DNA of 48,096 nt from a virus (Duplodnaviria > Caudoviricetes), in the IMG/VR virus record IMGVR_UViG_3300042191_000051, positions 1 to 48,096 of that record; one strand, written 5' to 3'. The notes under the pieces were generated by a model that worked only from the letters and a program-made list of their open reading frames with translations, searched no databases and was not told the DNA's origin. The position numbers and the translations under genes were made by a program. Shown in pieces: positions 19,818 through 28,899 of the stretch; position 1 is the first letter of the stretch; each line of letters begins with the position of its first letter.

Positions 19818-20329
19818 TCGATTATCACCAATTCGCCCTCGATAATCAGATCCCCGCCATCCAGTACAAACTCCCTGAACACTATCAACTGCTCGCCTTC
19901 AGGAATTATATACTCTAATCCAGTTCCGATGTTATTCCGTACCGTCGGCCAGTTTCCCAAATCAATAACCGGATTACCGGCAACGCCATCACCATCAGAA
20001 ATATCAATTCTTCCAAACGTACCGGTAATCTCCCGGTTCGCCCACGCATCCGCCGAACTGATACGCACAGCAAAACCTGTCCCGGCCAGTGCTGCCAGGC
20101 TAACAATATTCGCAGGGATTTCTCTAATCAGACGCCAGATCGTACTGGCAATACTCGTCGTGCTACTCGGACCGCTTGCCGATCCGCCGGTAATTTCACT
20201 CTCGGTTACTATCGAACCATCCGGCCAGTACAAATCAGTTCCGACCGTGGCGCCCTCAGTCGCGCGTTCCTCGATCAATACAAACCGATCTTTAAACTGA
20301 CCCCATAACGATACGCGCCGCTTCGCCAT
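19814..20329 (-). CDS. Tail fibre-associated virion protein (171 aa)
   Basis: ATEGATVGTDLY and REITGT.GRIDISDGDGVAGNPVI motifs. Confidence 0.5.
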   Translation of the reverse strand: MAKRRVSLWGQFKDRFVLIEERATEGATVGTDLYWPDGSIVTESEITGGSASGPSSTTSIASTIWRLIREIPANIVSLAALAGTGFAVRISSADAWANREITGTFGRIDISDGDGVAGNPVIDLGNWPTVRNNIGTGLEYIIPEGEQLIVFREFVLDGGDLIIEGELVIIE

Positions 20330-20341
20330 ATCCGGATAATA

Positions 20342-23020
20342 TCAGAAAACCCTGTCCTGCTTTACTTCTTTTTCCGTTTCCGTACCCTGACAGATCCAAT
20401 CCCACGAACCAAACACCGGCCCGTACACCTTCTGCTTATTTACCTTCGCCCGGCTCCAGCGCATATTCAATAACGCCCGGCCGAACAATCCGCAAACATC
20501 AACACCATCATCCCGGCTCTTACCAGGGAAATCGCACAACTGAGCAATCAGCCTGTCACCCCACGGACAATTCGGAATCCACACCTTTCCCGACCGTACC
20601 ATATGCTGAAAACTCAGTGCCTTCGTGGTCTTCTTACCGGCTGTCGGCAAATACTCAATCGTCAGTCTTACGCCGGCCTGGCGCTTCGCTGTCTTAAACG
20701 CCGGCTCAATCGCCTGGCGGATAATCCCGGTTTCACCAAATCCCTGCCTGACGTTCCACTTCTTCGCCAGATTCAGCAATTCGTTAATTCCGACATCCGT
20801 CTGCACCTGCCCGTAAAACCAATCCACGATATACAGATGTTCTCTATTATCCAACCCCGCGACTCCATGCTCGGTATTATCCCCTTCATCCTCCAACGTC
20901 GCGTAATCACTCGCGCAATACAGATTCAATCCTCCCGGCTCCCGTCCCAACTCATAACGGTTAAAATCCTTTTCCTCAAACATATTCCCGCTTTCAGCTT
21001 TCGGCCTCTGCTGAAATAACGCCGACCAGCGCCGGTCGCTCGGACTATCTTCATCCCCCGGCCGCGGCTCGTACATCCTCCAGAAATCCGCATCGAACCA
21101 CTCCGGCCACAAATACTCACCGATCTTCCGCCCCAACGGATCATCCGCTTGTTCGCATTTACCCGGGATATTCAGAACATTCCAAACCATACCATCGCGG
21201 CACAATACCGGCCCCGACTGCCCGTGATAATCCTCTGGCAAAATACCGCCTGCCAAATCTTCTGGGCTCCACCTTGTCTGGATTAGTATCTGCCACGCCC
21301 CAGGAATCAATCGTGTCGTCAAATCATCCTGGAACGCGGCCAGGGTGCGCTCGCGCTCTACTTTACTTTCTGCAGCCTGTCTGCCTTTCACCGGATCATC
21401 GATAACCACACCGCGCGCCCGATTACCGGTCAAACCGGATAACAAACCACCGGACATATAACTCGAACCGTTATCAAGCGCCCACATTTCCTTCGCCTGG
21501 TACCGTTTATCTATCGTGGCATTAAACGCCCCACGAAACGAATTCTGCTCCACAATAAACCGACCCCTCGAACCCAGCGTCTTCGCAATCGGTGTGGCGT
21601 AACTGGCCAATATCACCTGTGTTCCAGGCCACTTCCCCATCGCCCATGTTGGCGCGATCACTGTGGCATATGTCGAATTGTGAGTAGGAGTCATGCTTTT
21701 ACCGCACAGAAACATATGATCCGGCGAGTCAACTTCTATACATACTGTGTGATCATATCCGGCTTCGTAAACATCAATATAGGTTCCTGGGGTGCGATAT
21801 TGATTTCGCGTTAACTCCCTCTTTCTCGGAAGCCTTGCTGAACCGGTTAAATAAAACGAAACCTTATAAGCAGCACCACAATCTTTCCCGTAAATCTTAG
21901 CGCGTGACTCTGACCATCCGGCCTTCACGCCAAACGTCCTGACCAATTCACGAACCTGTAATGCGAGTTTTTTATTGGTATTACAAAATGTGGTGCAACC
22001 ACGTTTCTGACAAACCGTACCGTCAGAATCAATCAATCCCTGAAGCAACGCCATTCTCTGACCAACACTGGATCGCATATAAATATCCGGGATGTGCTTA
22101 TTGTGCAAAAGCATCATTTCGGATAAATACTTCCTGATTCCGAGCAATCCAAAATTCGTATCAACCGAATGACTCGTAACCGAATATCCCAATCGCTCAA
22201 TCTCTGGTCTGATAAATTTCTGATCTTCAACGGAACACGTAACTCTACCGCCTTCACTGTTTCCATCACCCAACCAAATACCCAACACATATGGATCAAT
22301 GGGCAATTCAGATTCCGGCAACTCCAGCGCGCAACTTCCTTCTATCATCGGTCGCTTCGCTCTTCTTCTGCACAACTCCCATGTTTCTTTTATCTTATGA
22401 ACCGGCCTTTTCCCGCACAATCTGACCAACCACTCGTGATCACGGTCTGCAACAATTACATCGCCGCAATCAGTAACCACGTTATATACCGGTCGATTCT
22501 TAAATATCTCCGATTTCCATGTCACATTGCATGGTTTCCCATCCTTTCCGAATACCTGATCCCCGACCTTCAATTGCAACATCGACTTCCAGCCATCCGG
22601 GGTCGGTATCGGTGTATCCAACGCCAGCGCTTTCGCACTCCCGGGCGGCATAAACACCATCAACCGGCCGTACCGTGTCTGCATACATTTCTGAATCTCC
22701 TCGCACAATACCCTGTGATGCAACGCCAACCCGCTACCAATCGGCGCGAAAATTTCTGAATACTCACCCCGAACCGTTTTCGTTATCGCCTTTTCACGCG
22801 CCCAATTCTCCACCTTAACCGATAATTCATCGATCTCATTCAGCGTCGTGGTAACTGCAAATTCCTGCCCGGCGTGTAATTCAAACGGTACATCGCCATC
22901 GTCAACCAGTGGCGCCCCGGGTATCAGTATGCTTTCTGCAAATCCAACCAAACTCTCGCGCATCCTGCGCCGGCGGACAATCTCCGCACTGGCCTGGGCT
23001 TCGGATAACGGTAAACCCAT
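20342..23020 (-). CDS. terL: Terminase large subunit containing an intein
   Basis: Walker A MPPGSAK/ST interrupted by the intein, Walker B VVIDDP, IQTRW coupling motif, nuclease DYAT and DDGVD. Confidence 0.95.
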   Translation of the reverse strand: MGLPLSEAQASAEIVRRRRMRESLVGFAESILIPGAPLVDDGDVPFELHAGQEFAVTTTLNEIDELSVKVENWAREKAITKTVRGEYSEIFAPIGSGLALHHRVLCEEIQKCMQTRYGRLMVFMPPGSAKALALDTPIPTPDGWKSMLQLKVGDQVFGKDGKPCNVTWKSEIFKNRPVYNVVTDCGDVIVADRDHEWLVRLCGKRPVHKIKETWELCRRRAKRPMIEGSCALELPESELPIDPYVLGIWLGDGNSEGGRVTCSVEDQKFIRPEIERLGYSVTSHSVDTNFGLLGIRKYLSEMMLLHNKHIPDIYMRSSVGQRMALLQGLIDSDGTVCQKRGCTTFCNTNKKLALQVRELVRTFGVKAGWSESRAKIYGKDCGAAYKVSFYLTGSARLPRKRELTRNQYRTPGTYIDVYEAGYDHTVCIEVDSPDHMFLCGKSMTPTHNSTYATVIAPTWAMGKWPGTQVILASYATPIAKTLGSRGRFIVEQNSFRGAFNATIDKRYQAKEMWALDNGSSYMSGGLLSGLTGNRARGVVIDDPVKGRQAAESKVERERTLAAFQDDLTTRLIPGAWQILIQTRWSPEDLAGGILPEDYHGQSGPVLCRDGMVWNVLNIPGKCEQADDPLGRKIGEYLWPEWFDADFWRMYEPRPGDEDSPSDRRWSALFQQRPKAESGNMFEEKDFNRYELGREPGGLNLYCASDYATLEDEGDNTEHGVAGLDNREHLYIVDWFYGQVQTDVGINELLNLAKKWNVRQGFGETGIIRQAIEPAFKTAKRQAGVRLTIEYLPTAGKKTTKALSFQHMVRSGKVWIPNCPWGDRLIAQLCDFPGKSRDDGVDVCGLFGRALLNMRWSRAKVNKQKVYGPVFGSWDWICQGTETEKEVKQDRVF
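21677..22630 (-). mobile_element. Class 3 (Ala-start) intein with LAGLIDADG homing endonuclease, 318 aa
   Basis: Starts ALALDTPIPTPDGW and ends PTHN followed by Ser. WCT signature: DHEW, TVCIEV, THN. Endonuclease motifs LGIWLGDG and LQGLIDSDG. Confidence 0.92.
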
Positions 23021-23045
23021 TAACTACTCCATTCAAAACCCCATT

Positions 23046-23076
23046 AAAAAACGCGGTCAATTTCTCAACCGCGTTT
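23046..23076 (-). terminator. Intrinsic terminator upstream of terL
   Basis: Minus strand reads CGCGGTTGA-GAAA-TTGACCGCG followed by T6. Confidence 0.7.
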
Positions 23077-23098
23077 AATATCGGTAAACCCAGGCGGG

Positions 23099-23785
23099 TT
23101 AACCTACCGAATCAGGAACAAATATGCCAGGCCCCATCGGCCCGAGATCAATCCTGTATCCCTGCTGCGTATCCGTGGGTACTTCAACCGGAACCGGTAT
23201 ATCCGCAATCGGCACTTCGCCGCCGTGTTCAGGATCATCCGTTCCCATGTACTCGAGTCCGAGAGGCGGATTGCCCCCATCATGAATCACACGCCAGTAA
23301 CGGGTGATGTAATACACAGTACTCGACTTCAACCCCATCCGTGGCGGCGCCGGACGTACTACCAATTTACGCTTTTCCGGATCCCATACGGTTTCCGTAC
23401 GCTGGCCAAACGGGTCAGTCTTGCCATCCTTTGAAACAAAAAACAACAGATCCTGGCCAAACGATCCTTCGTACTGCTTGATAATTTCACCCGCACCATA
23501 CGGCTTCGTCGATACCACCGTGGTAATCGGAAAACCGAACCTCTCCGCCAGTTCACTCATACCCGACAGAAAACCACTCTGGGTTTCAGTGTGCGCCGGC
23601 GTCTTAAACATCACGCAAATCGCCTTCGGGTTCACATCAAGCGTTCCAGCCCGTCCGAAATCCAGCTTGCGCCGGTTCCGATCACCAAACGCGAATCCAT
23701 ACGTTTCCTCGAATTCCATTACCTCGCCCTCTTCGGGCAGCACTACCAATTTATTAATCACTTCCATCATATATCTCCTGGTCAA
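23099..23785 (-). CDS. Hypothetical protein (228 aa)
   Basis: Long ORF in operon orientation; AGGAG RBS suggests the start is at MMEVIN. Confidence 0.65.
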   Translation of the reverse strand: MTRRYMMEVINKLVVLPEEGEVMEFEETYGFAFGDRNRRKLDFGRAGTLDVNPKAICVMFKTPAHTETQSGFLSGMSELAERFGFPITTVVSTKPYGAGEIIKQYEGSFGQDLLFFVSKDGKTDPFGQRTETVWDPEKRKLVVRPAPPRMGLKSSTVYYITRYWRVIHDGGNPPLGLEYMGTDDPEHGGEVPIADIPVPVEVPTDTQQGYRIDLGPMGPGIFVPDSVG

Positions 23786-23794
23786 TCGCGGGTT

Positions 23795-23983
23795 TTAACC
23801 TGTCCCGCCAGTATCTTCCACAATCGTCAAATTATCCATAATCGCCGCACAGTGCGCGCATTCAACAGTCCCGTTACAATTCAACTTAAACCACTGGCAT
23901 TCACATTCACATTTAAACGAATACAAATCGTCGTCCGGCTTTACCTTACCCTTTTTCTTAAACGGTACTACCGTATCACTCAT
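23795..23983 (-). CDS. Small Cys-rich protein
   Basis: CECEC and CAHC; probable start MSDTVV overlapping the upstream stop (ATGA). Confidence 0.5.
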   Translation of the reverse strand: MSDTVVPFKKKGKVKPDDDLYSFKCECECQWFKLNCNGTVECAHCAAIMDNLTIVEDTGGTG

Positions 23984-24228
23984 ATCGAACCTGCGTAATA
24001 TCCAGCAATCAAAACAACCACTACGATTATACCCGCCATCATCACCGCCCACATCACATCCAACACCTTCCGCCGCCTGGCGGTCTTCTCCATCGTCCGG
24101 TGCAACGCGGGATCGACATACATTCCGTTCGCCAACCTGCCCTTCAAATGTGCCTTTTCAATCATCTGCGTTCCGCGCCGGCGCAAACGGTATTTCTCAT
24201 ACGACTCACCTTCAAATCTCTTCATCAT
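23980..24228 (-). CDS. Small membrane protein
   Basis: Basic N-terminus and C-terminal TM helix; coupled to terS. Confidence 0.55.
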   Translation of the reverse strand: MMKRFEGESYEKYRLRRRGTQMIEKAHLKGRLANGMYVDPALHRTMEKTARRRKVLDVMWAVMMAGIIVVVVLIAGYYAGSI

Positions 24229-24967
24229 CCATCCCTATGAAACTCCTACCGCGCTCAACGGTGGTAACAGAATAATCCTCTGGATTGTTTATTTCAACAA
24301 ACGGAACCGATCCATTCGTTTTCGTAATCCTTAAACCATTGGTGGTAACAGAATGTCCTCCGGATTTGATCTCCGGTGGAGGGGGGTCAGGTTCTTCGTA
24401 TCGAATACCGTACCCGTCTCCGCCCTGGGGGGGGTGCCCCCCCTCGCTTACCCGCTCGCACTCACCCTCAAGCGCTGGCGCAACCTTGCCGGCGGCTATG
24501 ATGAGTAACTGGTCATCAGTCAACGCATACACCGGCACCGCATCACCGCGCGCGGCCTCTTCCTGGCGCCCACCCTGACCATATAACCGCGGAGCCATCC
24601 ATCCGGCCAGCTTTTCGCGCGCGGTGATCGAGTTTCGATTGTGCGAAGCCTGGCGGCTGTCGTCATCGGCTATTTTTACGATGTCCTCTACATAATTCTC
24701 GGCCCTGCAGGCAGCAGCTTCGGCCATCAACGCATCAAATGCCGGATACATTGACCGCCAGCGCCGAACAATCAGCATTGACGGCAGCCAACCGCCGGAG
24801 CATTCACAAATTTCTTTGACGCTGGAGCCATCCGCGTACGCTTCGGCGATAAACCGGCCCTTTTCCGGCGAATATTGTTCAGTCGGGATCGTTTCCGGGT
24901 TAAATGTTTGAATTTGTCCCATGCCTGGCAGTGTAGCAAATAGCGGACTGCGGATAAATACGCTCAA
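24212..24967 (-). CDS. terS: Terminase small subunit (Sf6-like HTH)
   Basis: GSSVKEIC...LPSMLIVRRW...F; EDIVKIADD; AREKLAGWMAPRLYG. Start is uncertain and may be MGQIQ. Confidence 0.8.
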   Translation of the reverse strand: MSVFIRSPLFATLPGMGQIQTFNPETIPTEQYSPEKGRFIAEAYADGSSVKEICECSGGWLPSMLIVRRWRSMYPAFDALMAEAAACRAENYVEDIVKIADDDSRQASHNRNSITAREKLAGWMAPRLYGQGGRQEEAARGDAVPVYALTDDQLLIIAAGKVAPALEGECERVSEGGHPPQGGDGYGIRYEEPDPPPPEIKSGGHSVTTNGLRITKTNGSVPFVEINNPEDYSVTTVERGRSFIGMDDEEI

Positions 24968-25010
24968 AAACCACCTAAGCCAGAAGAATTATTCGTGTTT
25001 TACACTGCTA

Positions 25011-25294
25011 TTTGTTGTTCCTCCTTTTCTAAGGTTGAGTTCCGATTTTAGGAATTCAGACAACCTTATCTGTAAAGTGGGGCTGCGCGCGCGCACGGCT
25101 TGAGCATCCGGCAGTAGGGTAAAAAAGTCTTCCTTCTTTCCTTCGCGCACGCGCAGCTATGATTCACAGATAAGGACGTGTTGAATTCCTGCTAAATTTT
25201 TAAGTCATTGTTTTATTTGTTTCTTATCTAGAAAAGAAGGAACGAAAAACGGATATTCCTCTTTTTCTTCAAAGGAAAGAAGGAACAAAAAAAC
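25011..25294. repeat. Imperfect long inverted repeat plus iteron-like AAAG(A/G)AGGAA boxes (candidate origin)
   Basis: Arms at 25050-25094 and 25145-25190; boxes at 25017-25030 (-), 25130-25144 (-), 25230-25243 (+) and 25271-25286 (+). Confidence 0.6.
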
Positions 25295-25351
25295 GATTTT
25301 AACAAATACATTAAATTAAATATTGTGTTACCACCAGTTTTATGATTTAAT
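25282..25351 (+). promoter_or_regulatory. Early sigma70-like promoter, copy 1 (55-bp repeat)
   Basis: A-tract upstream element, TTGTGT 25323-25328, 17 bp spacer, TTTAAT 25346-25351. Confidence 0.55.
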
Positions 25352-25413
25352 GGGTTGTCGGGAAACAAGCGAAACCAGTATATTCAATAAACTTAATATA
25401 AGGAATAGAGGCC

Positions 25414-25623
25414 ATGAACAGACATACAATTTTAGAATCAGACAAATATCAATCAGTTTGCGTAAAGAACGAAGGCCGGAGGTCAGAAACATCCTACGAT
25501 AGCCGCGACGAGGAAGTGGTAAGCATAGACGGCAAGAGCTGCTCCGAAGTAAGCATGGAGGTTGGTTATCCGAAATACCGCGCCATGTGTGCGGCGGCAA
25601 AACGGACCGCAAGGGTTGAATAA
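25414..25623 (+). CDS. Hypothetical protein (69 aa)
   Basis: ORF with GAGG/AGGA RBS downstream of promoter copy 1. Confidence 0.55.
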   Translation: MNRHTILESDKYQSVCVKNEGRRSETSYDSRDEEVVSIDGKSCSEVSMEVGYPKYRAMCAAAKRTARVE

Positions 25624-25653
25624 ATTAAATCTTAAATCAAAAGGATCAGGAAA

Positions 25654-26100
25654 ATGAGAATCAACGCAACGATACAAAACCGCAAAGTCCTCCGCGCCCA
25701 CGCGCGCGAAGCGCTCTTGGATTACTCGCCAGTGATGACCTGGCTATTGCTGGATAATGACGGCGATTTGTACATCATAACGGAGCCACAAGGACAAACC
25801 GAGTACACCGGCAATGATGAGGTGATTGCACAGACCGGGGGTTTCCGCAAGGCCCATGGCGATGGCGCGGCGAAAACCGAGTACGGAGATAAATACCGGT
25901 CACAGTCCTCTTACCTGACTGACCTGATTGGAGCAGACGACTACAATCGGGTTTTTGTGTCCGCCATGGGGAGGCCGCAAGAAATGGCCGAAGGCAAGCG
26001 CGTCAACGTGTATCTTGACGCGCCCAGCCTGGACACCGCACAGAAGCTTGGCGACGGCAATGTCAGCGCCGGGATACGCAAAGCGCTTGCTGATCAGTAG
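25654..26100 (+). CDS. Hypothetical protein with C-terminal ribbon-helix-helix-like domain
   Basis: C-terminal GRPQEM..GKRVNVYLD...AQKLGDGNVSAGIRKAL. Confidence 0.6.
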   Translation: MRINATIQNRKVLRAHAREALLDYSPVMTWLLLDNDGDLYIITEPQGQTEYTGNDEVIAQTGGFRKAHGDGAAKTEYGDKYRSQSSYLTDLIGADDYNRVFVSAMGRPQEMAEGKRVNVYLDAPSLDTAQKLGDGNVSAGIRKALADQ

Positions 26101-26151
26101 GTTTTTCATTTGCTAATGACCTGTCAGGAAAATATTATGAAACTCACATAC

Positions 26152-26221
26152 GGAACAAAAAAACGATTTTAACAAATACATTAAATTAAATATTGTGTTA
26201 CCACCATAAATGGTGTATAAG
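26152..26221 (+). promoter_or_regulatory. Early sigma70-like promoter, copy 2
   Basis: Identical 55 bp to copy 1; TTGTGT 26193-26198, 17 bp spacer, TATAAG 26216-26221. Confidence 0.6.
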
Positions 26222-26249
26222 TGTAATTGTGTTATGGAGGTATTTAGGA

Positions 26250-26354
26250 ATGAAAAATATTTTAAAGGATTTATTTTTTGGATTGCTGGCCGCGCTATGG
26301 TTCAGCGTGGCGGTTGCGATTTTATTGGTTATTGTGCGGGATAGTTTGAATTAA
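26250..26354 (+). CDS. Small membrane peptide (34 aa)
   Basis: Manual translation [34 protein letters not shown]; GGAGG upstream. Confidence 0.55.
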   Translation: MKNILKDLFFGLLAALWFSVAVAILLVIVRDSLN

Positions 26355-26383
26355 TTTTTATTAACCTGAAAGGACACGGACAA

Positions 26384-26854
26384 ATGAACATACACGAAAA
26401 ACTAGCAGCGTACAGCCTCAGCCGGGGCGAATTGCTGGACATGGCGCGTGAAATACTGATGGAGGACCTGCAGCGGGGCGATTCGCTCACATCACCGGAA
26501 AAGACGCGCGATTATTTGCGCTGCACGCTTGGCGATTGCAAACGGGAAATGTTCCACGTTTTATTTATGGACACACGGCACCGCGTTATTGCTGGTGAAA
26601 CGTTGTTTCAAGGCACGATTGATTCAGCCAGCGTATGGCCGCGCGTAGTGGCACAGAGAGCGTTGGAACTGAACGCCGCAGCGGTAATACTGGCGCACAA
26701 TCACCCATCCGGAGAACCGGAACCAAGCCGGGCAGACCGGGCGCTGACGGATAAGATCAGGGACGCGCTGGCGCTGTTGGAAATCCGACTGTTAGATCAT
26801 TTTATAGTCGGCGATGGCGCGCCGTTGTCGATGGCGGAAAGGGGGATGATATGA
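26384..26854 (+). CDS. radC: RadC-like JAB/MPN domain protein (UPF0758)
   Basis: [29 protein letters not shown]...SRAD and LLDHFIVG motifs. Confidence 0.92.
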   Translation: MNIHEKLAAYSLSRGELLDMAREILMEDLQRGDSLTSPEKTRDYLRCTLGDCKREMFHVLFMDTRHRVIAGETLFQGTIDSASVWPRVVAQRALELNAAAVILAHNHPSGEPEPSRADRALTDKIRDALALLEIRLLDHFIVGDGAPLSMAERGMI

Positions 26855-26946
26855 ACCTGGCGCAGCAGATTAGAGCGGTATGCACTGGCGTTATTATTTT
26901 ATCGCTGGTGACGATTGCGCTTAATGTAGTTCGGTTTTTAACCTGA
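26851..26946 (+). CDS. Small membrane peptide (31 aa)
   Basis: [31 protein letters not shown]; ATGA overlap with the radC stop. Confidence 0.5.
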   Translation: MNLAQQIRAVCTGVIILSLVTIALNVVRFLT

Positions 26947-26958
26947 TAGGAGCACGAA

Positions 26959-27582
26959 ATGAACGAAAAATATCTGACAGAACGCCGCGCGGAAGCGGAG
27001 GCGATATACACCGAGGCGCGCGCGATTGGTGCGGCGATGGGCTGGACGGTAGAAATACCGGCAGAGGTTGAGGGTAATTTCCCGGTGCCGCACGCGTATT
27101 TGTGTAGCGGCGATTTAGAAATTATGGTCTGGGTCCCGTGGAACGATACAGGAAAGCTGGAATTTTCGCCGGCTAAGTGGCCGGAATATACCGACCAGGA
27201 CGGGCAGAAAAGGCGCGTAGTTCCGCGCGTGTCGATTGAAACGAAAGCGACGCGGACCAGGACGCCGGAAGCGATTGGTAAAGGCGTATTATCGCGACTG
27301 GTGCCGGAATACACATTGATTTACGCGACGATGGTTAAAGAGGCGGCCGGAAACCAGGCATACGCGGATCGTGAAATTACGGCTAAAAATGCGATGTTTG
27401 AAGCCTGCCAGGAGGTTGCCAGGGCTGGCGGTAAGCCGTATTTTGTACGTAACCTGCCAGGCAGCACGGTTACGGTCGAATGGCGCGGCGCAAGCAGCGT
27501 TAAAATTGATTTACGGGCCGACGAAATGGTAAGTGTTATTGGTTTTTTGAGGGAACTCAGAGCCGAAACGGTCGAGAGTTAA
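26959..27582 (+). CDS. Hypothetical early protein (207 aa)
   Basis: Long ORF with AGGAG RBS. Confidence 0.7.
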   Translation: MNEKYLTERRAEAEAIYTEARAIGAAMGWTVEIPAEVEGNFPVPHAYLCSGDLEIMVWVPWNDTGKLEFSPAKWPEYTDQDGQKRRVVPRVSIETKATRTRTPEAIGKGVLSRLVPEYTLIYATMVKEAAGNQAYADREITAKNAMFEACQEVARAGGKPYFVRNLPGSTVTVEWRGASSVKIDLRADEMVSVIGFLRELRAETVES

Positions 27583-27655
27583 CAGGACGTGCAGCCGGCC
27601 AGATTTTGGCCGGTTGTCGCGTGTTAATTCTCACACACTGATGGAGCAATAAGTC

Positions 27656-27880
27656 ATGATTATGATGGAAGAAGACACCCGCGGAGCATTTACCGCCAAG
27701 GACCCGATAACACAAGATGTTATTTGGACGAGCATAATTCGCAACACTGACACCAAGCCGGGCCAATTAGCGCTTGTCAAGCTGTACGCCCGGAGCATTG
27801 CGCGCGCTCATATGCAAGTAGTTCGAATATGCTTTGATAGCGGAAACCATGAGGACGTTAATCCGTCAGGTGATTTATGA
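27656..27880 (+). CDS. Hypothetical protein (74 aa)
   Basis: GGAG RBS; coupled to the next gene. Confidence 0.55.
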   Translation: MIMMEEDTRGAFTAKDPITQDVIWTSIIRNTDTKPGQLALVKLYARSIARAHMQVVRICFDSGNHEDVNPSGDL

Positions 27881-28131
27881 GACTAAACGCAGAACAAAGG
27901 CGCCAGGCGCTGGTATGGCGGTCAATTATGGCTTTTTCCTTGCAGGTGATCGCCAACCACTACGGAATCAGCAAGGACGAAGCAGCAGCAGAGATTTTGC
28001 TCGCAAGGCAAGAGAGGCAGAACGCCGGGAAGACCCCGGAGCCTGTGCCCTTGGTACCAGGGACGGGAAAACCCAGGCTTACCCCTGGGAGGTACAGATT
28101 CGGAGCGTTGAGGCTCTACAGGCGATTCTAG
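27877..28131 (+). CDS. Hypothetical protein, possible HTH
   Basis: ATGA coupling; SLQVIANHYGISKDEA is HTH-like. Confidence 0.45.
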   Translation: MRLNAEQRRQALVWRSIMAFSLQVIANHYGISKDEAAAEILLARQERQNAGKTPEPVPLVPGTGKPRLTPGRYRFGALRLYRRF

Positions 28132-28221
28132 AGGCTCTGCAAAACGGACACATAAACCAGGCGCGCCGGATAGCGAAAGGCGCGCTTGAAACAATCGGTT
28201 TAATTCAATAGCCATAATTCA

Positions 28222-28686
28222 ATGAATGAGGAATGGTTGACGCCGCCGGAACTCATAGAGGAATTAGGCCCATTTGATTTAGACCCATGCGCGCCGATTG
28301 TGCGGCCCTGGGATACTGCGAAGGCTCACTATGACATAAATCAAAACGGTTTAATTTTGCCTTGGTATGGATTCGTCTGGATGAACCCGCCATACGGCAC
28401 AAAAAACACGATCTGGATGGAAAGACTGGCGAAGCATGGAAACGGTATAGCGCTGACGTTTGCGCGCACAGAAACAGAAATGTTTAGCAGGTGCATATGG
28501 TCAGAGGCCAGCGCATTATTTTTTATACATGGAAGGCTTCACTTTCATTATATTGACGGAACAAGAGCAAAAGCAAACAGCGGCGCCCCTTCCGTGCTGG
28601 TAGCATACGGCGACAGGGCGCATAGGACGCTGGCAATGTGTCAGTTAAACGGAGTATTTATTAACAATTGGAGTTATAGAAAATGA
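28222..28686 (+). CDS. Phage N6-adenine DNA methyltransferase (phage Dam family)
   Basis: EWLTP, FDLDPCA, VWMNPPYG, ARTET and GRLHF motifs. Confidence 0.88.
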   Translation: MNEEWLTPPELIEELGPFDLDPCAPIVRPWDTAKAHYDINQNGLILPWYGFVWMNPPYGTKNTIWMERLAKHGNGIALTFARTETEMFSRCIWSEASALFFIHGRLHFHYIDGTRAKANSGAPSVLVAYGDRAHRTLAMCQLNGVFINNWSYRK

Positions 28687-28895
28687 AAAATTTAATCCCG
28701 CTCACAAATTCAGAACGTCAGAAAATTTTCCGGGATACCCTTGCTTTAAAGAACGGCGAAAGATTTTCCGTCACTTTGTCGCGAGAAGCCTCGGACGCTC
28801 TGCAAGTGATCCAAAAATCATTGAAAGAGCAGAAAAAACCGCACAGCAAAAGGGCCGCGGTTGAAGCGGCCCTGGTTGAGATGGCGAAGTGGTGA
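28683..28895 (+). CDS. Small DNA-binding protein, RHH-like
   Basis: LTNSERQKIFR...RFSVTLSREA...SKRAAVEAAL. Confidence 0.5.
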   Translation: MKNLIPLTNSERQKIFRDTLALKNGERFSVTLSREASDALQVIQKSLKEQKKPHSKRAAVEAALVEMAKW

Positions 28896-28899
28896 AAGA

